Under the pieces are notes generated by a model. That model was not told the DNA's origin and made no database searches. It saw nothing but the letters and a program-made list of their open reading frames with translations. A DNA stretch of 64,000 bases from Alphaproteobacteria bacterium (GTDB taxonomy: Bacteria > Pseudomonadota > Alphaproteobacteria > SP197), in assembly GCA_965228895.1 (NCBI GenBank), contig OZ245842.1, positions 4,928,001 to 4,992,000 of the forward strand. The letters run 5' to 3'. Below are positions 9,689 through 19,989 of the stretch, piece after piece. The first letter of the stretch is position 1. Each line of letters begins with the position of its first letter. The position numbers and the translations under genes are program-made.

Positions 9689-9905
9689 CTACTCCTGTTT
9701 AGAGGGTGATCCCGACACCGGTCGTGGTTGCCGGTTCATGTCGATTGGCGGGTAGATGGGAAGCCCAATCTGGCGGCGCTTGACGGCAACATGGAGATTG
9801 CATGGAGAAATCGTGGATTCTTGCTATAACCCGCCCATTCCGTCCGATCCGATGCCAGATGGTTTCGATCAGCGTCGCCAGGGCGCGCCGGAAAGATGAT
9901 TTGCC

Positions 9906-11480
9906 ATGAAGTTTGTTTTTGATGGATGCGTGATCGACACGGATGCCTATGAGGTGCGCCGTGACGGTGATCGTGTTCACGTCGAGCCGCAGGTCCTGGA
10001 TCTGTTGATCCTGCTGGTCGAGAACCGGGATCGACTGGTGACCAAGAGCGAGATCATCGCTAAGGTCTGGCATGGCCGCACGGTGTCGGAAACGGCCCTG
10101 ACCAGCCGCGTCAAGTCGGCGCGTCGCGCGATCGGCGACGATGGATCGGCGCAACGTTTCATCCGCACCATCAAGGGGCGCGGCTTTCGTTTTGTCGGCG
10201 CCATCGACAACGACGTCCCTCATGCGCCGGCCATCATGTCCGCCAGCCCCGTTCAGAAGCCGTCCTTGGCTGTCCTGCCATTCGCCAACATGGGCGGCGA
10301 TCCCGAGCAGCGCTATTTCAGCGACGGCATCGTCGAAGACCTGATCACCGAACTGTCGCGTACCCAGGGCATCACCATCGCGTCGCGCAGCGCGTCATTC
10401 GTCTACCGCGATGCTGAGGTCGATGTGCGCGAAGTCGGCAGCGAACTGGGCGTCGACTTTGTGCTTGAAGGCAGCCTGCGCCGAATGGGTGAGCGAGTCA
10501 GAATCACCGTCCAGTTGATCGAGTCCGAAACCGGTCATCATCTGTGGGCCGAGCGTTACGACCGTACGCTGACCGAAATCTTCGACATTCAAGACGAGAT
10601 CGTCGCCACCATCGTCACCACCTTGTCGGGTGAAATCGCCAACGCCGCGCTGGATAGGGCTCACCAGCGGGTGCCGGACGATTGGCGCGCCTATGACCAC
10701 TATCTGGTCGCACGCCACGCGTCTCAGCAGGCGCGTACCTTGAAGAACCTGACGACGGTCAAGACCGCCGCCGAACGCGCCATCGCCATCGATCCCCACT
10801 ACGCCCCCGGTCTGGGCATGCTGGCCAACGCGACGCGCTGGCTTGCCACGCTGACCTGCTTCGGCGACAGCGGCGCGATCAGCGAGACGTTCGCGCGCGC
10901 ACGCGCGCTGGCGGAAAGAGCCTACGATCTTGAACCCAAGGACGCGCAGACGCTGCGTGCGCTCGGCTGGTGTCATATCCTGGACCGCGACTACGCTGAG
11001 GCGGAACGGTGCCTGGAGCGGGCCTATGCCATCAACCCGCATGACGGCGACGTCATCATGGGGTGGGTCACCGCACTCGTCTATCTGGGCCGGCCCGCCG
11101 AAGCCGTCGCGCTGGCGCAGCAAACCATCCGCCGGCTGACCACCTTTCCCGACTACTTTTTGTTCGACCTGGGCGAAGCGCAGTTCTTCGCCGGCGAACC
11201 GGAGCAAGCAGCAGCCACGTTCGAGTCGATCCCGGAGGATCAGCATGACGAGAACATCACCGTGGTCGTTGCCGCCTTCGCCCATGCCGGGCGGTTGTCC
11301 AGCGTCGCGCCGTACCGCGACCACTACGTCCGGGAACTCGAAACACTTTGGGTCGGTGACCCCGCAACCAGCCTGAGCGATCGCATCAACTGGGATTTCC
11401 AGTTTCGCCACGTCTACCGGCGCATGAAGGATGTCGAGTACCTGCGCGGCGGTCTACGCAAGGCGGGCCTGCCGGCATGA
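9906..11480 (+). CDS. Transcriptional regulator: OmpR-type winged helix, TolB-like domain and TPRs
   Basis: EPQVLDLL...SETALTSRVKSARRAIGD...IRTIKGRGFRF; SLAVLPFAN, DGIVEDLITELSR, LWAERYDR. Confidence 0.85.
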   Translation: MKFVFDGCVIDTDAYEVRRDGDRVHVEPQVLDLLILLVENRDRLVTKSEIIAKVWHGRTVSETALTSRVKSARRAIGDDGSAQRFIRTIKGRGFRFVGAIDNDVPHAPAIMSASPVQKPSLAVLPFANMGGDPEQRYFSDGIVEDLITELSRTQGITIASRSASFVYRDAEVDVREVGSELGVDFVLEGSLRRMGERVRITVQLIESETGHHLWAERYDRTLTEIFDIQDEIVATIVTTLSGEIANAALDRAHQRVPDDWRAYDHYLVARHASQQARTLKNLTTVKTAAERAIAIDPHYAPGLGMLANATRWLATLTCFGDSGAISETFARARALAERAYDLEPKDAQTLRALGWCHILDRDYAEAERCLERAYAINPHDGDVIMGWVTALVYLGRPAEAVALAQQTIRRLTTFPDYFLFDLGEAQFFAGEPEQAAATFESIPEDQHDENITVVVAAFAHAGRLSSVAPYRDHYVRELETLWVGDPATSLSDRINWDFQFRHVYRRMKDVEYLRGGLRKAGLPA

Positions 11481-12430
11481 CGTCCCGCGATCTTTATCCG
11501 CCCATCGAACCCTTCGACGTCCGCAAGGTGCCGGTCGACGCGCGCCATACGCTTCATGTCGAACAATCGGGCAAGCCCGACGGCGTGCCCGTGGTCTTCC
11601 TGCATGGCGGGCCGGGCGCGGCCTGGTCGCCCCATATCCGGCGCTTCTTCGATCCCGACCACTACCGGCTGATCGCTTTCGATCAGCGCGGCACCTGGCG
11701 TTCGACGCCGCACGGCGAACTCACCGACAACACGACACCGCATCTGGTCGGCGATATCGAACGACTGCGTGAGATGTTCGCTATCGAGCGCTGGGTCGTG
11801 TTTGGCGGGTCGTGGGGTAGCACGCTTGCCATTGCCTATGCCGAAGCCCATCGCGAACGCTGCCTGGGCGTTGTCCTGCGCGGGGTGTCGCTGGGTCTCG
11901 GCGTCGAGAACCAGTGGAGCTTTCACCATTCCCGATGGATCAGGCCCGCGGCGTGGGAGGCGCTGGTCGCCTCGATCCCGCTCGACGAACGCAGCGATCT
12001 GGATGGTGCGATAGCACGCCGCATTATGGATCCGGATCCCGCCGTCCATGGGCCGGTCATCGACGGCTGGATGCAACAGGCCGAAGCGCTCGGTCAATCG
12101 CGCCAACCGGATCTCGACATCATCGAGGATGCGCTGGATGCGCCCGACGACGACCTGGTCTGCGCCCGGATCTCCATCCATTACTACACCAACCACATCT
12201 TCCTGGAGCCCGACAGCCTGCTAACCAACGCCCACCGGCTGCACGGCCTATCCGGCGTCATCATCCACGGCATGGACGATTTCAACACGCCGCTCGCCAA
12301 CGCCTACGACCTCTCCAAGGCATGGCCCGAGGCCGACTACCGGCCGATCCCGAACGCCGGCCACGACGCTTTCGACCGCAACATCCGCCTGGCGCTGGTT
12401 GACGCGATGGAGTCGTTCAAAAGGCTTTGA
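11477..12430 (+). CDS. pip: Proline iminopeptidase (S33 alpha/beta hydrolase)
   Basis: LYPPIEP, HGGPG, FDQRG, GGSWGS nucleophile, AGH. Confidence 0.85.
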   Translation: MTSRDLYPPIEPFDVRKVPVDARHTLHVEQSGKPDGVPVVFLHGGPGAAWSPHIRRFFDPDHYRLIAFDQRGTWRSTPHGELTDNTTPHLVGDIERLREMFAIERWVVFGGSWGSTLAIAYAEAHRERCLGVVLRGVSLGLGVENQWSFHHSRWIRPAAWEALVASIPLDERSDLDGAIARRIMDPDPAVHGPVIDGWMQQAEALGQSRQPDLDIIEDALDAPDDDLVCARISIHYYTNHIFLEPDSLLTNAHRLHGLSGVIIHGMDDFNTPLANAYDLSKAWPEADYRPIPNAGHDAFDRNIRLALVDAMESFKRL

Positions 12431-12444
12431 GCAAGCAGGTGGAC

Positions 12445-13842
12445 TCAAACCACCATCGCGTCTGGATCGTCAGCCTCGTTGAGCAGAGCGGCCACGATGC
12501 GCAGTCCCTGGCTGACCCGCTCGCGGCTGGTTTCGTAACTCAGGCACAGGCGAACGCCGTGGGGCACGTCGGTCTGATCGACCGCGAAGGTCTCGCCGGT
12601 CAAGACCTTGACGCCGCGCCGCGCGGCTTCGGCGCGGAACGCGTCCGCGCGTATCGGCGCCGGCAAGGGAAGCCAGATATTGAAACCCAACGGCTGGCCC
12701 TCGAACCGATCAGCGCCCAGCAGCCGCGCGGCGATCTCCAGTCGCGCCTTGGCCTCGGCGCGCTGCCCGTCGTTCAGACGATCGGCGGTGCCGTCTTCGA
12801 CCCACCGGCTCGCGATCTCCGCCATCAGGGGTGGCGGCATCCAGCACGACATGGCGACCGCGCCACGGATCGCGCGCTGCAGCCGTTCGGGCGCGTGCAC
12901 GTAGCCGATGCGCAGACCCGGCGCCATGCTCTTCGAAACACTGGTGACAAAGATCGTGCGTTCCGGCGCAAAGGCGACGAGCGGCAAGGGCCGTTCGGTC
13001 GGCAGGAAACCGAAGACGTCGTCCTCGATGATCGTGAGGTCGTGGCGGCGCGCCACCGCCGCGATCTCGCGTCGGCGCTCTGCCGGCATGGTGGCGGTGG
13101 TCGGCGTGTGGAGTGTCGGCAGGCAATAGAGCGTGCGGCCCGCGGTTGTCCGGCAGGCGTCATTCAAGGCTTCGGGTAGCAGGCCATAGCCGTCCATGGC
13201 GACGGCGTGGAGCTTGAGGCCCATGTGCCGCGCCATGGCCTTCGCCGGCGCATACGTCATGGGTTCGGTCAACAGCACGTCGCCCGGACGCATGGTCGCC
13301 AGCATCGCCACCATGACGCCGTGCTGGGCACCGCTGGTCAGAACGATCTGTTCAGCCCTGGCGCCGGGGCCGAGCCGGCCGAGCCAGTCGGCACCCGCCT
13401 TAACATGGTCCTTGAGGTCGCCGTCGGGCTGGTAATCCAGAAAGGCGTTTAGCCGCGACGAACCGGCGAGGTCGCCAAGCGTTTCGGCCAAGTAGTCCGA
13501 CGCCGGGCTGATCGCCGGCAGGTTCAAGGCAAAGTCGATGGGCCCGTCGGTCGGGCGCGTCAACCGCGCCGCACGGCCGTCGGCGTCCTGAAGCGGGCCG
13601 CCAGCCCGCACATAGGTCCCGCGCCCGACCTCGCCATAGAGGAAACCGCGCTCGATCGCGTCCGCATAAGCCCGGCTGACCGTGTTGAGCGAAACGCCGA
13701 TGTCGAAGGCCAGATTGCGCTGCGGCGGCAACCGGTCGCGCTCGGTGAGGTCGCCGGCGGCGATGCCTTCGCCGATCGCATCGGCAATGCGCTTGTACTT
13801 GGGGCCGGGCTTGCCGGCGATGTCGGGCAACCAACTTGTCAT
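12445..13842 (-). CDS. MocR/GabR family PLP-dependent transcriptional regulator
   Basis: N-terminal GntR HTH (RLPPQRNLA...NTVSRAY...GRGTYV) plus aminotransferase-like domain (IIEDD, SVSKSMAPGLRIG). Confidence 0.92.
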   Translation of the reverse strand: MTSWLPDIAGKPGPKYKRIADAIGEGIAAGDLTERDRLPPQRNLAFDIGVSLNTVSRAYADAIERGFLYGEVGRGTYVRAGGPLQDADGRAARLTRPTDGPIDFALNLPAISPASDYLAETLGDLAGSSRLNAFLDYQPDGDLKDHVKAGADWLGRLGPGARAEQIVLTSGAQHGVMVAMLATMRPGDVLLTEPMTYAPAKAMARHMGLKLHAVAMDGYGLLPEALNDACRTTAGRTLYCLPTLHTPTTATMPAERRREIAAVARRHDLTIIEDDVFGFLPTERPLPLVAFAPERTIFVTSVSKSMAPGLRIGYVHAPERLQRAIRGAVAMSCWMPPPLMAEIASRWVEDGTADRLNDGQRAEAKARLEIAARLLGADRFEGQPLGFNIWLPLPAPIRADAFRAEAARRGVKVLTGETFAVDQTDVPHGVRLCLSYETSRERVSQGLRIVAALLNEADDPDAMVV

Positions 13843-13941
13843 GAGAGCAATGTATCGATTGACTCGAAAATCTAGGCAACTTTATCAATGCAATCAGAGC
13901 AAAGTCAAACAAACCGCGCCATTGTACTGGAGAACAGCGCC

Positions 13942-15333
13942 ATGACCCCAAATGAAACCCACGAACCGGTAACCCTTGAAGTGGGCGGCGGCCAGACGGC
14001 CTTTTATGCCGCGAACACCATCGTGCCCTTCCCGCTGATCGAGCGGGCCGAAGGCATCGCCATGTGGGATGATGAGGGTCGGCGCTATATCGACGTCTCG
14101 TCGGGGCCGGTGGTCAGCAATATCGGCCACGGCAACGCCCATGTCGCCGACGCCATGGCGCGCCAGGCCAAGGTCTTGGACTATGCCTTTCCCCGGCAGG
14201 TCCGCAACCGGCCCAACATGGACTTCGCCGAACGGCTGGCCCGCCTCGCCGGGCCCGGCTTCGAACGGGTGCACCTGTCGTCGGGCGGCAGCGAGGCGAA
14301 CGAGAGCGCGATCAAGTTCCTGCGCCAATACGCCATCGCCACCGGCAAGCCGGAAAAGACCAAGATCATCACCCGCGACCCGTCCTATCACGGCGGCACG
14401 ATCGCCAACCTCGCCATGAACGGCGAGGTCATGATGCTGCCGTTCCTCGACGGGTTCGCCGAACCGTCGGCCAAGGTGCCCGCGCCCTTCACCTATCGCC
14501 TACCGGAGAACCATGACGCCGAGAGTTATGCCCGGCACTGCGCCGAGGCCCTGGCGCAGACGATCACGACGCTCGGACCGCAGAACGTGCTGGCCTTCGT
14601 CATGGAGCCGGTCGGCGGGCTTTCCACCGGCTGCATCGTGCCGTCAGCCGACCACATGCGCCGGGTGCGCGAGATCTGCAGCCATCACGGCGTGCATCTG
14701 GTGTTCGATGAGGTGCTGTGCGGCATGGGCCGCACCGGCAAGTTTCTGGCCGCCCACCACTGGCCCGACGCGCTGCCCGACATCATCACCATGGCCAAGG
14801 GTCTGGGGTCGGGCTATTCACCGCTGGGCGCCATGCTGGCGCCGGCCACGATGGTCGACGAACTCAGCCAGCTCACCGGGTTCGAGTTCCAGTATTCCTA
14901 TAACGCCAACCCGATTTCCTGTGCCGCCGGCATGGCGGTGCTCGACGAATACGAGCGCCTCGACCTCACCAACAAGGCGGCGAGCATGGGCGTCGGCCTG
15001 CGTGAAGGCCTGGAACGGCTTAAGACGACATGTCCGATCGTCGGGGACGTGCGCGGCCTGGGCATGCTGTACGCCGTCGAACTGGTCGCCGACCAGGCGG
15101 CCAAAACACCGCTGCCCACCGCCTGCCAGGCGGCCGACCGTATCCGTATCCACGGCCTCGACAACGGGCTCTTGATCTATTCGCGCCCGACGTCGGGCGG
15201 CCGGTACGGTGACTGGTTTACCGTCTCGCCGCCGCTCACCATCACCGAAGCCGAGTGCGCCGACATGCTCGATCGTCTCGAAGCGACGCTTAACGCGTTT
15301 CAGACCGAGCTGACGACAGCGGGTGTTCTTTAG
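13942..15333 (+). CDS. Class III (omega) aminotransferase
   Basis: SGGSEANE, SYHG, EPVGG, FDEVLCGMGRTG, MAKGLGSGY, DVRGLG; GGAGA RBS before ATG 13942. Confidence 0.9.
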   Translation: MTPNETHEPVTLEVGGGQTAFYAANTIVPFPLIERAEGIAMWDDEGRRYIDVSSGPVVSNIGHGNAHVADAMARQAKVLDYAFPRQVRNRPNMDFAERLARLAGPGFERVHLSSGGSEANESAIKFLRQYAIATGKPEKTKIITRDPSYHGGTIANLAMNGEVMMLPFLDGFAEPSAKVPAPFTYRLPENHDAESYARHCAEALAQTITTLGPQNVLAFVMEPVGGLSTGCIVPSADHMRRVREICSHHGVHLVFDEVLCGMGRTGKFLAAHHWPDALPDIITMAKGLGSGYSPLGAMLAPATMVDELSQLTGFEFQYSYNANPISCAAGMAVLDEYERLDLTNKAASMGVGLREGLERLKTTCPIVGDVRGLGMLYAVELVADQAAKTPLPTACQAADRIRIHGLDNGLLIYSRPTSGGRYGDWFTVSPPLTITEAECADMLDRLEATLNAFQTELTTAGVL

Positions 15334-15353
15334 TCGGATCGGCGCAAGGCGCG

Positions 15354-16172
15354 CTAACCGTCGAACTGCGCCTTGCGCCACTTGAGCGCCGCCCGCAGGC
15401 CGTCTTTCTGGGTGATCGCCTCGAACTCGCGGCGGATGTCGGTGTGGATCGCGTAGAGTGGCGCGTAACCTTCGACACTGCCGTTCATCGCATCGTTGAA
15501 CCCGGCGGTCTCCGCGCCGCGATTGAGCACGCGCTTCATGGTCGTGAGGGTTTCGGCGCCAATCAGGCTAAGCCGTTTGGCATAGGCCATCGTGGCATCG
15601 GCGAGCTCGGCGAGCGGCACCACCTTGTTGACCATGCCGATCTCCAGCGCGCGCTCAGCGTCGATGAGGTCTCCGAAATAGAGCAGTTCCCGCGCGCGTT
15701 TGTAACCGATCAGCCACGGCATCACCGCCACCGGACCGGGCTCGGAGAAACGTGATTCCGGTTCGCCGAACAAACAGTTGTCGGCCGAGATCGTGAGGTC
15801 GCAAAACATGGCGAGCTGGCAGCCGCCGCCCAGCGTGTGACCGTGGACCGACGCAATGACGGGCTTTTGCAAATGCCAGGGCAGCATCTCGAAGGCCAGG
15901 CAATCGTCCAGCAAGGCCTGCCATTGCAAGGCATCCTGCTGCGGCGCGTCGTCACCGACTTCGCCCGCGCCGATGTCGTAGCCGACGCAGAAACTACGTC
16001 CATTACCGCGCAGGACGACAACCGTGACGTCATCATCTTCGTCGGCGCGCAGGAACGCCTCCTTAGCTTCTGCGCGCACGGCGTCGTTGATCGCGTTCAG
16101 TTTTTCCGGCCGATTAAGGGTGATGATGGCGATCGGCCCATCGGTTTCATAGGTCACGCACGCTTCGGCCAT
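15354..16172 (-). CDS. Enoyl-CoA hydratase/isomerase family protein
   Basis: ITLNRPEKLNA, FCVGYD, KPVIASVHG..LGGG, FGEPE. Confidence 0.9.
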   Translation of the reverse strand: MAEACVTYETDGPIAIITLNRPEKLNAINDAVRAEAKEAFLRADEDDDVTVVVLRGNGRSFCVGYDIGAGEVGDDAPQQDALQWQALLDDCLAFEMLPWHLQKPVIASVHGHTLGGGCQLAMFCDLTISADNCLFGEPESRFSEPGPVAVMPWLIGYKRARELLYFGDLIDAERALEIGMVNKVVPLAELADATMAYAKRLSLIGAETLTTMKRVLNRGAETAGFNDAMNGSVEGYAPLYAIHTDIRREFEAITQKDGLRAALKWRKAQFDG

Positions 16173-16201
16173 AGGGCCCTCTCTACTGGTGTAAATCGAT
16201 G

Positions 16202-16954
16202 TCAGCCGCGACCGACCAGCGGCATCTTGGTCGCCATCACCGTGATGAAGAGCACATTGGAGGCGAGCGGCAGGCCGGCCATGTAGCTGACGGCCTGGGC
16301 GACGTGCTCCACGTCCATGCGCGGCTCCGGCATGATGTCGCCGTTGGGCTGCGGCATGCCCTGGACCATGCTCTCGGTCATCTCGGTCGCCGCGTTGCCG
16401 ATATCGATCTGGCCGCAGGCGATGTCATGGGCCCGGCCATCAAGCGCGATCGATTTGGTCAGACCGGTGATCGCGTGTTTGGTCGCCGTATAGGGCGCCG
16501 ACAACGGCCGCGGCCGGTCGGCCGAGATCGAGCCGTTGTTGATGATGCGCCCGCCCATCGGCGCTTGCCATTTCATCATGCCGAACGCATGGCGCGCGCA
16601 CAGGAACGAGCCCGTCAGGTTAACGTCGACGACGGTCTGCCAGTCGTCATCGGAGAGTTCGTCGAATTCGACCTCGGGCGCACCAATGCCGGCGTTGTTG
16701 AAGAGAATGTCGAGCCGGCCAAACGCCTTCTGCGTCTCATCAAACAAGGCGCGGACCGCCGCTGGCTTGCCGACATCGGTGGGCACCGGGAGCGCCTTCG
16801 CACCGGCGCTCTCGACATCGCCCGCGGTTGACTCCAAGGCTTCCCGGCGGCGTCCCACCAGCACGACATTGAAGCCGTCGTTTGCCAACGCCCGCGACAC
16901 GGCGCGGCCAATGCCGCTGCCCGCGCCGGTCACCATGGCGACCTTCTCCATCAC
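16202..16954 (-). CDS. Short-chain dehydrogenase/reductase
   Basis: [28 protein letters not shown]. Confidence 0.92.
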   Translation of the reverse strand: MMEKVAMVTGAGSGIGRAVSRALANDGFNVVLVGRRREALESTAGDVESAGAKALPVPTDVGKPAAVRALFDETQKAFGRLDILFNNAGIGAPEVEFDELSDDDWQTVVDVNLTGSFLCARHAFGMMKWQAPMGGRIINNGSISADRPRPLSAPYTATKHAITGLTKSIALDGRAHDIACGQIDIGNAATEMTESMVQGMPQPNGDIMPEPRMDVEHVAQAVSYMAGLPLASNVLFITVMATKMPLVGRG

Positions 16955-16987
16955 GTCCTCCCTTAAGGTATGAGCGGCTAACCAGCC

Positions 16988-17209
16988 CTAGAATAGCGCC
17001 AGGATCAAGCACAGAGCGGTGAAGCAAGCCATGATGATCAGAAAGACCGGCACGCTCCACTCGTGACGATGGCGCTCGGCCGGCGTTGCGCTGAGCGCCT
17101 GCAGCGGCAGGCGCTTGGTGTCGGCGACCTCGCGGCGCGCTGCGTCGGCCGTCTCGGCCTCGATGCGATAGGCGCGTCCATCACGGGCTTCGACGGTAAA
17201 GAGCGGCAT
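16988..17209 (-). CDS. Small hypothetical membrane protein
   Basis: 73 aa with one C-terminal TM helix; fills the gap between co-oriented genes. Confidence 0.55.
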   Translation of the reverse strand: MPLFTVEARDGRAYRIEAETADAARREVADTKRLPLQALSATPAERHRHEWSVPVFLIIMACFTALCLILALF

Positions 17210-17231
17210 CAGATCGGTCCGGCTTTCCGCG

Positions 17232-17585
17232 TCAGGGGATCGGGAGATCGTGCAGTTTCAAGAACGACAGCTTATCCCAGTAGCCGCGTTGAAAGGTGAT
17301 CCGCCCGTCTCGCACGGTGAAAAACCCGCAACCGCGCAGACCCAGAGGATCGCGCCATTCCAGGATCGCCACGTCACCGGCCTCATGAAGGGTATCGGGA
17401 AGACAGGTCATCTCGGCCGTCGCGAATTCGCGGGAGAACATCGCCTCAATGGCCCGGCGCCCTTCAACCGGCTCCTGCGTGACCTGATGGTTGACCGCAT
17501 CGTCGTGATAGAGCGCCGCCAGACCAGCCGCGTCGGCGGCGTTGAACCTCTTCACCCACTCCTCGACGACCTCTCGCGGCGTCAT
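17232..17585 (-). CDS. SnoaL/NTF2-like family protein
   Basis: FNAADA..LAALYHDDAVNHQ...ILEWRDPLGLRGCGFF...QRGYWD; start MTPREV. Confidence 0.85.
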   Translation of the reverse strand: MTPREVVEEWVKRFNAADAAGLAALYHDDAVNHQVTQEPVEGRRAIEAMFSREFATAEMTCLPDTLHEAGDVAILEWRDPLGLRGCGFFTVRDGRITFQRGYWDKLSFLKLHDLPIP

Positions 17586-17702
17586 GGCGCGATCTCCGCT
17601 GAACCCTTGATGCATCCGGAAAGACAATACGTCTTGCCGGGCAGGCCATCGAGTGTCTAGAGACAGGTTTGCGCACCGGAACCGGACCAGGAGACATCGG
17701 CC

Positions 17703-18821
17703 ATGACCGTTAAGGGAACATGCGACGACGCGTTCAAAGCATGCCGCGAGGCAATCGCCGCGAACCTGGCGGACGGCCATGACCTGGGCGCGGCCTTCGC
17801 CGTTGTGAAGGACGGCGACCTGGTCGTCGATCTTCATGGTGGTTATGCCGACGCGGCGCGCACCCGGCCGTGGGCGCGCGACACCCTGGTCAACGTCTGG
17901 TCGACCACCAAGGGCGTGATGGCGCTGGCCGTCGCCATGGCCGTGGAGCGTGGCCAGCTTGATTATCAAAAGCCGGTTGCCGAGGTCTGGCCCGAGTTTG
18001 CGGCAGGTGGCAAGGGCGACATTACCCTTGACCTCGTCATGTCACACCGCGCCGGGCTCAACGGCCTCGACCGGTCGATGGACCTTGACGGCGTTTATGA
18101 CTGGTACCCCGTGACCGAGGCGCTCGCCGACATGGCGCCCTTGTGGGAGCCGGGCAGCCGTTGCGTCTATCACGCCATGACCTATGGCCACCTGACCGGC
18201 GAGGCCTTGCGCAAGGTCGACGGCCGCATGCCCGGCCGCTTCATCGCCGAGGAGATCGCCGGGCCTCTGGACCTCGAGTTCTATGTCGGCTTGCCGGAGA
18301 GTGAAGACCACCGCGCGGCCGAATTGGTGGCGAGCGATGACGCCGGCGATTGGGTCGCGGACCTCAAAAAGAACGGCTATCCCCAAGCCATGGAGAATCC
18401 TGTCGTCACACCGCTGACGCCCAACACGCGGGCCTGGCGCGCCGCCGACATTCCGGCGGGCAACGGCCAAGGTGACGCGCGTTCGCTGGCCAGACTCTAT
18501 GGCGTGCTGGCCCAAGGCGGTGGCGACCTCATCTCTGCCGATGGTTTGGCCGCGGCCACGGGCGAGCGTTATCGCGGCCCCGACGTGTCGATGGGTCTGC
18601 CGACCGCCTTCGCCGCCGGTTTCCGGCTGGGCGACGATACCGGCGCGTTCGGCCCGTCACGCGACGCCTTCGGCCATACCGGCTGGGGCGGCGCTTTCGC
18701 CTTCGCCGATCGCGATGCCAGGCTCGGCGTTGCCTTTGTCATGAACCGCATGCTGGGCATGGGCGACGACGCGATCACGCGCCACACCAGACTGATCGAC
18801 GCTGTCTATGAATCGCTCTAG
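17703..18821 (+). CDS. Serine hydrolase, beta-lactamase/class C-like esterase family
   Basis: SxxK motif WSTTK, SHRAGL, YHAMTYG, FGHTGWGG. Confidence 0.9.
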   Translation: MTVKGTCDDAFKACREAIAANLADGHDLGAAFAVVKDGDLVVDLHGGYADAARTRPWARDTLVNVWSTTKGVMALAVAMAVERGQLDYQKPVAEVWPEFAAGGKGDITLDLVMSHRAGLNGLDRSMDLDGVYDWYPVTEALADMAPLWEPGSRCVYHAMTYGHLTGEALRKVDGRMPGRFIAEEIAGPLDLEFYVGLPESEDHRAAELVASDDAGDWVADLKKNGYPQAMENPVVTPLTPNTRAWRAADIPAGNGQGDARSLARLYGVLAQGGGDLISADGLAAATGERYRGPDVSMGLPTAFAAGFRLGDDTGAFGPSRDAFGHTGWGGAFAFADRDARLGVAFVMNRMLGMGDDAITRHTRLIDAVYESL

Positions 18822-19019
18822 ATCAGCGACGATCGACGGCGACAGCACCGAATGAAATCGATAGAATGACGACGCGAGCGCACCAGGAGACCGTTGGCAC
18901 CGTGATCTACTCTTACGGCGCGCGAAGCGGGCTTCAGCATGACGAAGACGGGCAGGCGGCCGACGGCAGCGGTGAATTGCCGTGACCAGCTTATGCCAAG
19001 GGACGGGGTGTGTTGGCCA

Positions 19020-19046
19020 TGATCCAATGGGTCTGGCCGGTCGTAT
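19020..19046 (+). promoter_or_regulatory. RpoE/ChrR (ECF11)-type promoter of the crtE operon
   Basis: TGATCC-N16-CGTAT (equivalent to TGATC-N18-GTA) directly upstream of GTG/ATG at 19051/19054. Confidence 0.6.
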
Positions 19047-19053
19047 TGCAGTG

Positions 19054-19989
19054 ATGGGGAAAATTCAAAACCAGCCGGAGATCGGTCAGGTCATGACCTC
19101 GATCCGGCACCGCGTGGATCATCGGCTCGACCGGCTCGTGCCCGACGGCGCCAGCCGTTTGCAGTCAGCCATGCGCTATAGCCTTTTAAGCGGCGGCAAA
19201 CGTATTCGCCCGGCGGTCACCATGATCGCGGCCTCCAATTTCGGCTGCGACGACGACGCGGCGCTGGATCCCGCCTGCGTCATCGAGATGGTCCATTGCG
19301 CCGCGCTGATCATCGACGACCTGCCGTCGATGGACGATGCCCAACTGCGCCGGGGCCAGGCCGCCAATCACTGTGTGTGGGGCGAGGACATCGCAACGCT
19401 CGCGGGCATTGGCCTGTTGAACCGTGCCTATGGCGTGATCGGCGTCGCGGCCTTGCCTGCCGAAACCAAGGCCCGATTGATCACCACCTTGGCCGACGCC
19501 GTCGGCGCCGAAGGCCTGGTGGCAGGGCAGGAGCAGGACCTGCGCGATACCAAGGACCTCCACGGTGTCGAGCGGCTGGAGGAGCTTCAGCACCTCAAGA
19601 CCGGCGCGCTGTTTGTCGCCGCCGCCGAGTTCGGCGCCATCGTCGCCGGCGTGGACGACGAGAGGCTGGCGGCCGTGCGCGAGTTCAGCCGCCTCTTAGG
19701 CTTGGCCTTCCAGATTCTGGACGACCTTCTGGATACGCTGGGCGAGACGGCGGTGATCGGCAAAGACGTCGGCAAGGACGAGGGCCGCGCGTCCTTCACC
19801 TCCATCATGCGTCCGGCCGAGGCGCAGGCGCGCGCCGAACGCCACGTCGCGGCGGCGATTTCGGCGGTCGCACCGTTCGGTTCCGAAGGTCAGGAGTTCG
19901 CGGCACTCGCCGAGATGGTGCTGCACAGCCACCGCGAACGCCTGGGCAGCGCCACCCCGATGACCGCGACCGCGACCATCAACGGCTGA
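19054..19989 (+). CDS. crtE: Geranylgeranyl diphosphate synthase
   Basis: GGKRIRP, FARM DDLPSMDDAQLRRG, GQEQDL, KTGALF, SARM FQILDDLLD; alternative start 19093. Confidence 0.92.
   Translation: MGKIQNQPEIGQVMTSIRHRVDHRLDRLVPDGASRLQSAMRYSLLSGGKRIRPAVTMIAASNFGCDDDAALDPACVIEMVHCAALIIDDLPSMDDAQLRRGQAANHCVWGEDIATLAGIGLLNRAYGVIGVAALPAETKARLITTLADAVGAEGLVAGQEQDLRDTKDLHGVERLEELQHLKTGALFVAAAEFGAIVAGVDDERLAAVREFSRLLGLAFQILDDLLDTLGETAVIGKDVGKDEGRASFTSIMRPAEAQARAERHVAAAISAVAPFGSEGQEFAALAEMVLHSHRERLGSATPMTATATING

Noticed and set aside
17703-18821. Serine hydrolase as an antibiotic-resistance beta-lactamase or carotenoid esterase
   Set aside because: No signal peptide and esterase-type motifs; separated from crtE by about 230 bp that contains its own promoter, so there is no evidence of linkage
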